Below, piece after piece: positions 50,401-62,752 of a DNA stretch of 64,000 nt. A program made the position numbers and the translations under genes. Each line of letters opens with the position of its first letter. The first letter of the stretch is position 1. The DNA lies in contig JBNZDD010013718.1 of assembly GCA_050575255.1 (NCBI GenBank), positions 6,441,058-6,505,057 on the forward strand. Reading direction: 5' to 3'. This DNA comes from Harriotta raleighana (Eukaryota). The notes under the pieces are model-generated. The model saw only the letters and a list, made by a program, of their open reading frames with translations, was not told where the DNA came from and did not search any database.

Positions 50401-51599
50401 CTTGCAGTTGCCACCTGGAAATTCCATCTGTGCCAGACTTGGTGGTGCTCAATTCAGTTCATAGAGGAACAAAGGAATATGCAGAAATAGAAAAGAAAAC
50501 TATTGCAGTCTAGAAGATTGGTTCCAAAAGTGAAAGGTCATACACTTCTCTGACTCAATCAATACTTTGCCAAAATAGATTGATAATTCCCTCTTCAATT
50601 TGCTGAAATAATTTGTGTCACTCACCCTGTTGAATACTCTATTCCATATATCCAGCGTTTAAAAAAAAGTGAACTGAAAAAAACTCTTGAAGACGAGCCT
50701 GTGATGCAAAGTGACAATGTTGAAAAAATGGTTTCTAAAATTCAGCATTCATCATACACCCAGAGCTTTCCATCTGCCTGGCATCTAGTCACACCAGCAC
50801 AGCTAAGAAAAGTGAGGCATCACAGGTGTAAGCTGGGCTGGCACTAAAACAAATCCAGGTGCTCCATTATAAGAACAGTGAAAAAGTAAAGCTATGAAAA
50901 CACAAACCAGGGTCTTCTTAAGGGACTGACTCCTGCTGTGGGTTAGCACAACAGTCCTCACCTCTGGGGGCTAACGAGTCAGCTCCAGATTGATGGGATG
51001 AAAGTCTCCTCGCTCTACTGGCTGTAAAGGTTAAAGTGAAATGAGTTGGAGAAGGTCTCACCCCAGCTCCTAGCGGAATCAAAACTTCCCACAAATTGCT
51101 TACTTGGCTGAGAAAGGTCAAAGGAATAAGCTTTCATACTGCTTAGCAGTGGCTGCTCGTCGAGGGAATGTAATTCAGACAAGTTGCTTTGAGAAGTCTC
51201 TCCTCTGCATGTGTTGGTGTTGTACTCAACTTGGGAATGCTTGACTCTAAACCCACCATAAGGGCCAGAAATTTACTGAGCAGTATAGAATCCCTTTAAT
51301 GCTTAGAGTGCAAAAGTATTCCATACCCAACACTGACACCCTCCATGTTCATGAGAACAAAACCTAGATTCTTTTTTCTCTCAGTTTGTTTGGAGTGAGG
51401 CCTCATTTCTCCAACATTACAAACACTAAGAAAGATGTTTTTATGATAATAATAAAAGTTAATAGATGAAAATAAGAACTTGCATATCATGGACAGATAA
51501 AGATCTCAAAATGCTTCACAAAACACAATTGATCAGCAAATAAAACGAACGTGCTATAGAGGGAGAGCTCATCTGAGTCAACATCACATATACAAGAAT

Positions 51600-52007
51600 G
51601 ATTATTCCCATTGTAGCAGAGAAGGTTATGAGGAGACCTAATAGAGGTTTTCAAAATCATGAGGGGATTTGATAGGGTAAACAGGGAAAATCTGTTTCTA
51701 CTGGTGAGTGACTCGAGGTCACAGATTTAATATAGTTTCTAAAAGAAGCAGAGGGGAGGTGAGGAGAAATTTGTTCATGCAGCGAGTTGCGAATCTGGAA
51801 TGCATTGCCTGAAAGGGTGGTGGAGGCCAATTCGATAACAACTTTTAAAAGAGAGGTGGATGGTTATTTGGGGACGACAAGTTTGCGGGATTATGGGCAG
51901 AGAGCCGGCGAGTGGCAATGACTTTGAATAGCTCTTTTCAAAGAGCCGATACAGACACGATGGGCCAAATGGCCTCCTTTTGTGCTGTAAAATTCTATGA
52001 TTCTATG
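51600..52007 (+). mobile_element. CR1 LINE 3' end (younger)
   Basis: QRRL*GDLIEVFKIMRGFDRVNRENLF..WNALPERVVEANSITTFKREVDG, followed by the 3' UTR and an (ATTCTATG)2 tail. Confidence 0.95.
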
Positions 52008-52524
52008 AAGCAGAGGAATAAACTACACCAGGTTAACTGGGAGAAAAAGTCTTCACATTTCTTAGAAATAGCAATCTTTAAGTCCATCTTAATCACAGGG
52101 AAAAAAGAATCTAAATACAAACAAACAAACAAAGAATCCAAGAACAGTATCATTTAGATCTAAGATGCAGGAAAATAGACCTAATCTGTGTTGTCAAGGA
52201 AAGTTTGGGGTTTGTGATACAGCTACACACAGACTTCGATTGTTCCAGGGAGCTTTCAATGGACCAAACAGAGGAAAACAGGCACTGTGTCACCATCTCA
52301 CATCATTTGGACACTAATAATAAATAATAATGTAAAACTCCCATTGGCTGCTAGGCTGACCAAGGTCACAAAGAGTCAACAAGCATTTAAACTGCTGTAA
52401 TAGTGGGCTGCTCTTCAAAGGGACACAATCCAGGTAAATTGCAAGTTTGAAGAGACCTTTACTTTGCATCTGTTGATGCTGTACCAGACCTGTCAGAGCC
52501 TTTGATACAGCACATTAACACATC

Positions 52525-52860
52525 AAAACATCTCGACATGATTTAGTGTTTTCTGTGGAGCATAGTGACTGTCTATTTGAAGGCAAACGCGGCAGCCAAT
52601 TCACGCAATAGGAACAAAATAATTACATTTACAGAGCGCCTTTCACGTCAGGAGGACGTCCCAAAGTGCTGAACAGTCAGGTCGGGGACCAGGCAACGGC
52701 AGGGTAGAGGATTGGGGAGGAAGAGAGTTGGAAGGGGAGGGAGAGAGATGAAAGTCGGCAGAAGGCACAATCAAAGAGACAGATGGGGTCTTGGTTTAAT
52801 ATCTCATCCATCGATGGCAGCTCCAGGGATACCGCACTCCCCTAGTGATAGCCTAGACCA
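52525..52860 (-). mobile_element. Nested SINE and L2-tail fragments
   Basis: GCAAACGCGGCAGCCAATT (SINE), TTACATTTACAGAGCGCCTTTCACGTCAGGAGGACGTCCCAAAG (L2 tail) and GGTTTAATATCTCATCC (Deu). Confidence 0.75.
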
Positions 52861-53899
52861 CAAGCTCAGACAGTTTTGATGGGTCAACTAACACTCCCGG
52901 ATCTCATTCATCATCTTCTTTGGCAAACACCCAAATAACTTAGAATTGTATGTTTTAATCTAGTTCACATTTACACATACTGAACTTTTAATGGAATGTT
53001 TCATTTAAAATAAATGTGTTGCAATGCATGGGGTGCATCAATTTTTGGCTTTGTTGCAAAAATTAGAATTGTGTAACTGCAGAATTTTTCATTAAACACT
53101 TATCCCCCAAAACTTTACATTCCAGATGTTGGCACATGTTCAGCACACATACACACACAATGCACACATACACAACACACAACACATTGTTTGACATGCA
53201 CATATAGCGATCTTCGTTTTGTTAACAGAAAACCAAGTAAATTCTCAAAATCTAGAATCTTGCTTGCAGGCAAGTTTAGAAGGTTTCATCAATTTTAGAC
53301 AATGTGCTGCTGTCAGGCAGGAAGCTTGCTAAAAAAAAAAAATCTATTTCAGCTAACTTACATACCACAGTTATCAATGCATTTGGCCAAACGTGTAATG
53401 GTTAATATTCCAAGTTCATGTGTTAACTTTACTGAATCTGACATCTGCTCAGTCTATTAAACTTCCGAATTCTGCATCTCTACTGGGGCCCACTTCAAGA
53501 CCCTGGACATGAACAACTCCAAGGCTGGATTACTGAGCAGGTGCATTGACTCCACTCTCAAATCCCACACAACTAAAAATATAATCGGCCTAAACCCATA
53601 TGGCTCTCCACTACTTTCTACGGGTGTGCTGCATGGAGATAGATTGAAGAAATGGGCAGTTACCAAAAGCAATGTGAGCCCGTAGAATATATAAACACAG
53701 ATTTAACATGTCAATAAACATAATATTTCTTTAGCCCATTACAGCAATTACTGTTAGCTCATTAATTGCTGCTGCATTAAATAGGCAAGTTTTCAAAATC
53801 AGAAGGAGAATGGATACTGGATCTGAATATGATTTACTGCCAACAGGCAACAAACAGTGTGTGTGTGTTTGTGCTTACTGTATTTCAAAGGCTGAGGTT

Positions 53900-54430
53900 T
53901 CAGTAATCCAGCCTTGGAGTTGTCCATGTCCAGGGTGTTAAGGGTGAGGGAAAGGGGAAAGGGGAGAAAAGTACTAATACTGTCTGCACTTCTCAAACAT
54001 ATCACCTGAGGGTCAATAAGGGAACAATGTACCATACGTCACCTGACTGACCATGGAAGAAAACACGTTCATGAGAAACAAGGAATGAGAAAGAGAAAGA
54101 GAGAGTGGAAAGGAGGGAGGAACTGGAGACAAGATAAGAAAGTAATGGCCCTCTTGCTCTCCAGATATTTTTCCATGCAAATACATCATAAAAGATGACC
54201 CTAGCTTCCTTCCTGGTTTCTGCTGTAAACCCAGGATCCAAGAGGATTCTGCAATTTAGTGTGGTCATGGCACTCGATAAGTGGAGGATCTTAAGACAAA
54301 CAAATCCCCTCGATCAGTGGGTGTATGTACTCAGTTGCTAAAGAACCATAGGAAGAGAATGTGTGTGCCAATGGCAATCAGCACTTATGGGAGAGGTTCT
54401 CAGGCTAGGGAGCAGGTAAAAAGGCAGCCT
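53900..54430 (-). mobile_element. PLE relic (RT N-terminal half)
   Basis: TPTDRGDLFVLRSSTY (~KPADKGGAVVVWRTDLY), IFY..RGPLLS..LLS..SFLV (~RFY..GRPIVS..LIS..SPLV), EVQT (~DVQS). Confidence 0.65.
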
Positions 54431-54784
54431 ATATTTAAAGGGGATCAAAACAGCATACACATACGGTATATACATACCGTATGTTCTTTTAAGTGGTTTA
54501 TACACAGTATAAATACAACCACTTGAAAGCAGTGATCCATCCTACTGCTGTTCTAACATAAACACAATATCTGGCACTGACTGAATCTCCTAAACCATGT
54601 ATTTTTTTAGTCTGCCGACCGTCTGACACATGCGGAAACCAATCACCATGCATAACATCTAAATCAGATAGAGTTCCATGTATGTATGTTATCTAAACAT
54701 GGAACTGTCTGTGTCAGAAATGGAATGCACCCTCTCTCCCAAAGCAGACACACCTTGCATATCTAATGCTTGAGAGTATTTAAA

Positions 54785-54895
54785 AAAAATTATAACCCTT
54801 GCATTTAATATATCGCACTTCACTTCAGGAGTTTCAAAGTACTTTGCAGAATAAATTGTACACTGTATTTTTTTATGGGTGAATGCACAGATAGG
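54785..54895 (-). mobile_element. SINE 3' fragment
   Basis: CCCTTGCATTTAATATATCGCAC..TCAAAGTACTTTGCAG. Confidence 0.7.
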
Positions 54896-55029
54896 CAAGA
54901 ACCAACCTCAGGAACCCCAGAGTTTGCTGGAGTCTAACCAGCTAAAACTGCAAAGCTTGACATTGACAGCACTGTCTGGCACACTTCCTGCTGCTCATGC
55001 ATCTGGGACCACCTGATCTTTTAAGGAAA

Positions 55030-55130
55030 AAACAGAAGTCGCTGGAACACTCAGCGACTATGGTCAGGCAGCATCTATGGAGAAAGGAAAGTGAGTCAAC
55101 AGTTCGGGTCCATGACCTTTCATCAGAAAT
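55030..55130 (-). mobile_element. PLE terminal (pLTR) remnant with a degenerate hammerhead ribozyme core
   Basis: Minus strand reads TTCTGATGA-AAGGTC-ATG-GACCC-GAAC-TGTTGAC..TCTCCATAGATGCTGCCTGACC..GCTGAGTGTTCCAGC, the typical chondrichthyan PLE end. Confidence 0.7.
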
Positions 55131-56559
55131 GGGACATATTTGGAGAGAAAGGTTTTTAAGGACTAACAGAGAGGTGGGAGGTAGGGCACTTTACTTTGAA
55201 GCCAGTTCAGCTCCAAGGAAACCTCACTCATCTCTCCACCAAGAAAGGGAACTGGACTTTGTTTGACTTCAGCTGCATCAGGGAGATGCAGAACACATAC
55301 CCAGCAGCTCACTACATTATAAGTTTTGTGTATTCACATGTCAGGACTTTGGCAAACATTGCATATATTTCCCACTTGCCCTATTGGAGTTATCCAAAGT
55401 AATTCCATTCCCCTCCTCATTCACCATACCCTTTAATAATATTTTTCATCAATTAATTATCCAGTGCCCTTTTAAATATGGTTATGAACTCAGCTTATTA
55501 AGTATGGTATTAGTGAGAGATACATCATTGAATTGTAACAAGTGCTTTCGGAAGTGCTATGTCCAATGTAATCTGGGCTATTTTAATATTTTTCCTTTAA
55601 ACATAGCAATATCAAAAATGTAACCACAAAGCCACCAAATCTAGCACTGACACAGGCCAAGTGTATCGCTGGCCCAGTCCGCTTGCTGTGACTGATCAGT
55701 TCCATATTAATTCCACTTACAAACTGATGCAGTATCCGAGACCTTCAATATTGACCAGATAAGATCTGAGAATATTAGACATCAGGAAGCCTGTGTTGAC
55801 TGCAGTAATCACTTAGTAATGAGATACTTTTGAAGACCAGAATAAATGGCTTCATTTTGAGCGATCAATGATACGTAAACTATGAAATTTTATGTTTCTT
55901 CTAAGATAACCAGAAAAGCAGAATTCTGACCCATCCAGAAGATTGTGGGGAGGGGACGCGGGGAACAAAGGCTTTTTCCTCAGAAGCAAAACATTGGCGG
56001 TTTCCCAGGAACACACGGGAGTCTTGGAATTACACAGTATTCTTTAAAAGGAAATTGTTACTGGAACCGAAGAGCACAGACAAACACGGTGTCATTTTGT
56101 CATGGCAACGTCATGTGATGAAGACAATGTCTGACAGAGCAACGAGATTGAAAAAAAGTCACACAAAGCCTTTGCATAAACATTTGGGGGCGAGTGGGGG
56201 GGAGTAGGAGAACAGGGAAAGGAAGGGGGTTGCAGGGATCTGCAGAAAGATCCCTTTAAAATTCTCCCACTCCCAACCCTGGAACCCATTTCACCACTTG
56301 GCCTGCTCAACAGTTTACAAGGTCAGGGATGCTTGTGAAATACTTCTCATAGACTGTTAAACCCCGGTTGAAAAAACAGAACTCAGAGTATTCTATTCTG
56401 TTTGGAGTTGCTCATGGATTTGTGCAATGTGTTTGATCTGCTGTCCGTGAGCTTCTATTCTGCTGAGACAGCAAAAGACATCACTGCTCTTCCTGTTCAA
56501 AGGAAGCTTCTGATTTGCTTGGACTAAAACGGATTAGCTTTTTTTTTGCTGCAGCAGCT

Positions 56560-56830
56560 GTCACTGTAGGATGTTATTTTTCCTATAAGATGCTAATTTT
56601 TCAAAGCGTACCAGACTTCTGCACGGGGCAGTGGTTTGACAGTCACATACTTCCGAAAATTTCAGTCTCCCATTCCAAAAACAGAAAGGGTTCGTGAAAT
56701 TTTTAATGAGTTGCACTTTTCGAAGTTCGCCACAACTTCCTGACTTCACCTGGACCTGCCTGTGCAACACTGCGTCAAAACTCTGACCAAGGTTTCTTTT
56801 GTGTATGGAATGCAACAAGAAAATTACATT
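56560..56830 (-). mobile_element. PLE relic, subfamily 2 (RT N-terminal half)
   Basis: FLLHSIHKRN (~YCLPKIHKAN), APCRSLVRFEKLASY (~EPGTFLVTMDVSALY). Confidence 0.55.
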
Positions 56831-57009
56831 TGTATGGGGCCTTTCAAGGATTTGGGGGATGGAGGCCATCCCATGGTACTGAATAGAATTTAAAGTATCT
56901 CAGAAAAGAGTGAGGCAGCACAAAGGATTGAAGGGTCATTTAAAAGTAGTATTATAAATACTTATTTATGAATACTTATTTATAAGTATAAAATAATTAC
57001 TTATTATTG

Positions 57010-57490
57010 TGCAAGTAATAATCCTTGCATTTGATTTAGTGCCTCATTAGGTCATTTCATGTTCCAAATGTGTCACAAAAAACACTTTGAATTGACCGTG
57101 TAGTTTGTGGACAAAATGCAGCAGCCAATTGCACACAGCAATGTCCCAAATACAGTCATGGATTGAGTGAACAAATTAGTATTTTATTCATTTATTTTGA
57201 AGGCCCAGAAAAGCAATCTGCCAATCGACTAACAACCATGTTCCAACTTTCTGCTNATTACTACCCCCCCAGAAAAGCAATCTGCCAATCGACTAACAAC
57301 CATGTTCCAACTTTCTGCTAGCTAAACAGATGTGAAGAGTAAAGAAATTTGATAAGGTTTCTCCCTGTCCCAGGAANGCTAGCTAACCAGATGTGAAGAG
57401 TAAAGAAATTTGATAAGGTTTCTCCCTGTCCCAGGAATCAAAACCAGATCCTCTCGCTTGAAATGTTCTAAACAATACAATGCAGGACTC
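57010..57490 (-). mobile_element. tRNA-derived SINE, full-length long variant, containing two N-flanked duplications
   Basis: Tail, body, AAAGCAATCTGCCAATCGACTAACAACC and a head ending CAGGACTC. Confidence 0.85.
57204..57437. repeat. Two short N-flanked duplications (assembly or haplotype artefacts)
   Basis: 57204-57255 equals 57268-57319 (N at 57256). 57317-57376 matches 57378-57437 (N at 57377) with one difference, A57326 vs C57387. Confidence 0.9.
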
Positions 57491-57529
57491 AGAAAAGTAG
57501 TGATTTGCGGACTATATAAAGAATATGCT

Positions 57530-58190
57530 ATACAACAACTTGGATTTATATAGTGCCCTCCACGCCAGATAGCGTCTCAGAGTGCTTCACAAAGCGGAGC
57601 CTGCGGCTGAGCCAGAGGGAGGGGGGGAAAAAGGTGACCAAAAGCACGGTTGAACCAAAAAGTCTTCAGGTGGGACCTGAAAATGGGAAAGGATGGGGAG
57701 TGGCGAAGGGAGTTCCAGAGCTTTGGGCCGTAGTGGCTGAAGGCACTGCCGCCGATGGTGAAACAGAGGATTTGGGGGATGAGGCCAGCCCCAATAGAGT
57801 GAAGGGAATGGGTACTGTTGTGAGGAGAGAGGAGGTTAGAGAGGTAGGGGGATGCAGAAGAGCGGAGGGATTTGAACACAAGAGTGAGGACCTTGAAATT
57901 GATCCACTCTGAGAAAGGACTGGGATAATCGGGAAGTGAAATCTAGTTCAGGTGAGAATGTGGGCGGCAGAATTTTGAATGAGCTGGATTTTGTGAATGG
58001 TGGAGGAGGGGAGACTGGTGAGGAGGGGAGACTGGTGAGGAGGGCATTGGAGTAGTCCAGCCGAGAGGTGACAAAGGCATGGATCCGGGTTTCAACAGCT
58101 TAAGGGGTGAGATATTGCCGGAGATGGGCAATGTGGCGGAGATGGAAGAAGGCAGTGCTGGTGAGGGACCAGATGTGGGGGAGGAAGGTA
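57530..58190 (-). mobile_element. L2 LINE 3' fragment
   Basis: TIGGSAFSHYGPKLWNSL..FRSHLKT and upstream FVTSRLDYSNALL. Includes a 17-bp internal tandem duplication (58003-58036) and the tail ACAACTTGGATTTATATAG. Confidence 0.92.
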
Positions 58191-58803
58191 ATTGAGTAAT
58201 CATAAATCATAATTACAAAATAATTATATTTTATAAGTAATTATAAAATAATATACCCACCAAAAAGGCATTCAGAAACTACATTAAATTAAGTGTAAAT
58301 AAGGAGTGTAGGTAGAATTCACCATTTCTATACACATCAACAAAATTACAATTGCATAGCGCCTTTCATGTCGCGAGGACGTCCCAAGGCGCTGGAATAA
58401 TACATGAATAATACTGGTATAATTTAGAGAGAGATGGAGCGTTTTGAGACAAAAGACTTTTCCTGTTCCTAAAACAGCCTATGTTGTGAAGGTCATTTTC
58501 TTTTTTACCCAAAAGGTGCAAATTACTGCTACCTCACACATCTAGGTGCAAAATTCACAATCTTTGCTAGAACTTGGTTTGCAAATGATTTTGCATGTAA
58601 TTGGTCCTGGAGCTAATATTTAGCCTTTGCTGCCGATATTTCTAAGCCAGTAACAGTAAGATTAATAATTCACTTGTATTAACCTCCACCACACCCCCAC
58701 CACATGGAACCTCTTAACTGACAATCCTTTGATCTCCCATATACCAACATCCAAACCTTGGTCTTCCCCAAAGTGTGGAAAAGCAGGGATCAGTTATAAA
58801 CTA

Positions 58804-59181
58804 GGAATCAATGCTTTGTATGATGTAAATGCACATTTGTGCCTGGAAGCAAAGGCAACATACTGTATTCAAAGAAAGTTTTTTTTAAAAAAAGTGGCCG
58901 TTCTCCATTGCCAGTAAAAGTAAGGAGCCACTATTTCTATTTCATTCACAAATGACATTCAGAGGTGGTTTGTTACAAAACCCACAGTGTTNGGGAATCA
59001 ATGCTTTGTATGATGTAAATGCACATTTGTGCCTGGAAGCAAAGGCAACATACTGTATTCAAAGAAAGTTTTTTTTTTAAAAAGTGGCCGTTCTCCATTG
59101 CCAGTAAAAGTAAGGAGCCACTATTTCTATTTCATTCACAAATGACATTCAGAGGTGGTTTGTTACAAAACCCACAGTGTT
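58804..59181. repeat. ~188-bp N-flanked duplication with allelic differences
   Basis: 58804-58991 matches 58994-59181, with N at 58992. Copies differ as T8A7 vs T10A5. Confidence 0.9.
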
Positions 59182-59199
59182 GAGGATTTGTAGGAAGAG

Positions 59200-59345
59200 G
59201 CTTAAGGGCAGTGCAATTCAGAACCAGTATATCAGTCACTCTGCCCCTCACCACTGGAACTCCCTCCTTTTCCTTGCTTTATCCTCCTCCCTTAATCTTG
59301 AAATCTCACATGAACATTTATCCTTTCGATTTTGCCTGAACACAA
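59200..59345 (+). mobile_element. Old L2 C-terminal remnant
   Basis: SHSAPHHWNSL. Confidence 0.55.
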
Positions 59346-60359
59346 ACACCCCTTCTGTGTGTTGAGAATCACACTGAGCCAGCTCACTGGCCTCAGTCAG
59401 CATCCATTGAAACCTCTTAAGATGATCAACACAGATGGCTGGGAACTTTGAACCATCCGTATATTGTCGTTGCTAAAGAGTCAATCGCACGACTGTGTAC
59501 AATTATGTTTGAAAACAAAACAGCTCAGATTTTGATGTTCTTCACACTTGTTAAAGCTGCACACGTGCAGAACGCTGACACTGAGTGTGTGGTTTTTTTT
59601 CTGGATGGGTTTTTTTTTGTATGTGTGAACGGCTCGGATGAGAAGCCAAGTGCAGGGAGGAGCAGCTGTGCTCCCAGCAGTACAGACTCAGCATTTGGTT
59701 CCCATGTTACCACACACATTAGTCACCTTCGCTGTGGGCACAATCCACAAGGGTCGAAAGTGTGCAGCGTAAAAAGGTTGACTATCTCCACAAGTGTAGT
59801 CCCCAACTCATTGGTGAGAAAACCACAAGTCTGATCCAGTCATCCCAGGCAAAGATATTGATTGATATCATCGTGTTGCTCCTGGTCCGCCTGTAAGAGA
59901 ATCAATTAAAGGAGGAGGGGGGAGGGGGGGAGCGAATAATCCAGGGGCATTACTTGGGTAACAGTCTCTGGCTGATACTGTGTTTTTTTCGAATCAGGTG
60001 TGTGTGGATTAACTTCAATACAAAGCTAAATGGAGCCACTCTTGACACAGTCCGATGCTTTCCATTTCATTCTTCCTAGCCTCAATCTTACTTGTCCAGA
60101 GTAAGATTACTTGTCTCCTTGCTCACCTTACAAGGAGCAGATGCTGGTCACGTACAGTATAGTATTGTTATACAGCGGTCTCTCTGTCCAGAGATTAGTA
60201 TTTTTAACAAGATGAGTTTTAAACAAAGAGTATAAACTTTATCATTTACTCTTCTATCATCTCAAATCTAGAAATAAAGTGGACAGATCCTAATGGAATA
60301 TTTTTTCCCCCCCAATGTGACTTACCCAAAGAAAAGTTGTACAACTTAATAAATAGCAA

Positions 60360-60632
60360 TAATAATTCTTGTATTTAATTATCGTGCCTTCATGTCGGAA
60401 GCACATCGCAATGTCTATGGACAGTGTATTTGGAGCCAAAAGTGGCAGCACAATTGCACATAGCAATGTCCCGCAAACAGCTATGAAAATGACCAATTAT
60501 TCACATTTATTTGGGGGGCCTGTTATCCAGGACAGCGGGAGAAACTCCCTTCTCTTTTTGAAGAGTGCCTTGGGACCTTTTACTGTCCACCTAAAGAGCC
60601 AAAAGTCATTTCGGTTTAACGTCTCATCCAAA
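60360..60632 (-). mobile_element. DeuSINE 3' half
   Basis: TGTCCCGCAAACAG..CCAGGACA..GTCCACCT..CGGTTTAACGTCTCATCC. Confidence 0.8.
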
Positions 60633-61221
60633 GGTATGAACAAAGGTACGACGATATAAAAATGTACATATATATATATCTATAAATATATACCCATACG
60701 TATAAAACTAATGTATAAGATGAATAGCACTAATTCTAATTGTGTCTTTCTGTTCCTCATTTTTCATGATCTCACCAGTTTTTTCCCCTTCGCAATCCTG
60801 TTCTACCCAGCCCTCTCATACTCAGCTATGCACAAAATATCCTTATGTTCTCAAGTCAAACTGAGGTACCTTCACGCTATGCAGACAGAATCATCTGGGG
60901 AAAGAAGAAAATTAACAAACCACTTAGGTAATTTTTTGCTAAAATTAGCACCGCAGCCTGTGGGCTCCATCAATTTTCACGAAGCACTCCCTGACAAGCA
61001 GGCAAAAAACTTCAGGCTCCTTCGCTTTGTCCAAATGTCTCACCGGCAAAGATACTGTGTTCCTGCCTGGACTGCCTCATTAACATGAAGGATGGCAGTG
61101 TCAGAGAGCTGAACTTTATTTCACTCTACAGCCAGTGGCAGTACCAAGCACTCGTGGCTCAGGTATTGCACAGGTCAGTGATACAGCTGACATCCCTCCA
61201 TATTATCCCACTAATGTAACC

Positions 61222-61510
61222 TCAGCTTCCACCTAAGACGAGCACCCAATGCGGCAGTATGACATTTTCATCCATCACTCTTTTCAGTGCTGGACTCATG
61301 TTAAGTTGAAGACGGATGCCTCTTATTAACAAATTTGAGACGGGCAGAGTACAGTACAGTTGCTTGCCAGTGAGCGATCGTACCTCGAGGTTTACACCGG
61401 CTTCCCGAGTTTGGAAACAGTCTGATCTACTAATAATACTGTTCATCCAAGAATTCATCCATGATTGACCATGCCAAACGAGGTACACATTGGGGTCATG
61501 CAGCCCCATT
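61222..61510 (-). mobile_element. PLE relic, subfamily 2 (RT C-terminal half)
   Basis: LHDPNVYLVWHGQSWMNSWMNSI (~RYIDDIFFLWTHGEESL...DI), LYCTL (~LSTSL). Confidence 0.45.
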
Positions 61511-62220
61511 TAAAAACAAATCCCGCTGGACTACTGCAAACCTTGAGGAGCTAGTTTCTGCAGCACTTTAATTTGCATTGCTGGGGCATTGGGGAGGTGG
61601 GGTGTAGGGAGGGGGGAGGGGTTTGATTCTGACACCCCTCCTTTAAGATCCCTTGGAAATCCATTGGACGGTCCAAGAACATTCAACGGATCATTTCTTA
61701 ATACTACAGTACAAAGGAGATTTATTTGCAGGATATTTATGATGTTAGTGTATATTTTAATGTTGTTTTGCCTCTGGCAAAATAAACCTCACCCCAGCAG
61801 ATTGGACAGCACTGTTTAATTCAGTACTGCTCGCAGCAAGGCATAGTGATCCTCAATTGATTGAAACCTCGGTGGACTAGTGTCTGGGACCGACCACAGA
61901 GCACTCAAAACTCTTGCCAGACAGTCAACATGATAACAGCTCTGCTACCTTCGCACCACAATAGAAATCGTGTTGAATTTCACATTTTGAAGAAGCTCAT
62001 TGTTTCTATATTGACGAGCACTGAAATCGCAAGTACAACTTGTCTCTGTGCACTTAGGGCTTGGATCAGGCTGCAACGCTGTGTGCTTTTACTGCTTCGG
62101 TGATTCATTCACCTCAAGAGCAAATTGGATCACTTTCTTCCACAACGTTTAACGTTCAACCAAAGTGTTTGGCTTCACAGTGCAACAGTACACATGTCCA
62201 CCGCTAGACAGCGCCACAGA

Positions 62221-62580
62221 AACCGTAGGCAAGTTTCCTTACTCCACACGCCTCTGTTTGCCGAGCAGGAACCCGGTTGTTAGTCGATCGGCAGATTGCT
62301 TTCCTTGGGGAAATTGCTGTCCACCCTCCCCTCCAAATTAATCTCTTAAGAATCTCTTCTGATAATAATTCCACCAGAAAAAAAAGTTAGAATATCAGCC
62401 ACTTCAATCCACGACTGTTTGTGGGACAAATGCTGTGTGCATTTGGCTGCAGTGTTTCGCCCACAAATATACTGTCAATTCATTTTACAGTATATTCCGT
62501 GAAGCACTTTGAGACATATAAAAGATATGAAAAATGCTATATCAAATGCAAGGAGTATTTATATTATTAATAATATTAAT
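62221..62580 (+). mobile_element. tRNA-derived SINE, long variant without head
   Basis: GGCAAGTTTCCTTACTCCACACGCC...CTGTTTGTGGGAC...GCTATATCAAATGCAAGG. Confidence 0.9.
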
Positions 62581-62584
62581 AATA

Positions 62585-62752
62585 ACAATTTGGTCACTCA
62601 ATCCACGACAGTTTGTGGGACACTGCTGTGCGCAATTAGTTACCATGTTTCAGCCACAAAATACAGTGACTGCACTATTCCGTGAAACAAATCTGAGAAG
62701 TTTCAACATCGTGATAAGATGCTATATCAAATGCAAGGATTACTATAATAAT
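62585..62752 (+). mobile_element. SINE 3' half in tandem
   Basis: CAATCCACGACAGTTTGTGGGACACTGCTG...GCTATATCAAATGCAAGGATTAC. Confidence 0.9.

Noticed and set aside
56945-57010. AT-rich quasi-palindromes (also 58195-58255)
   Set aside because: Low-complexity slippage next to retroposon ends, expected by chance.
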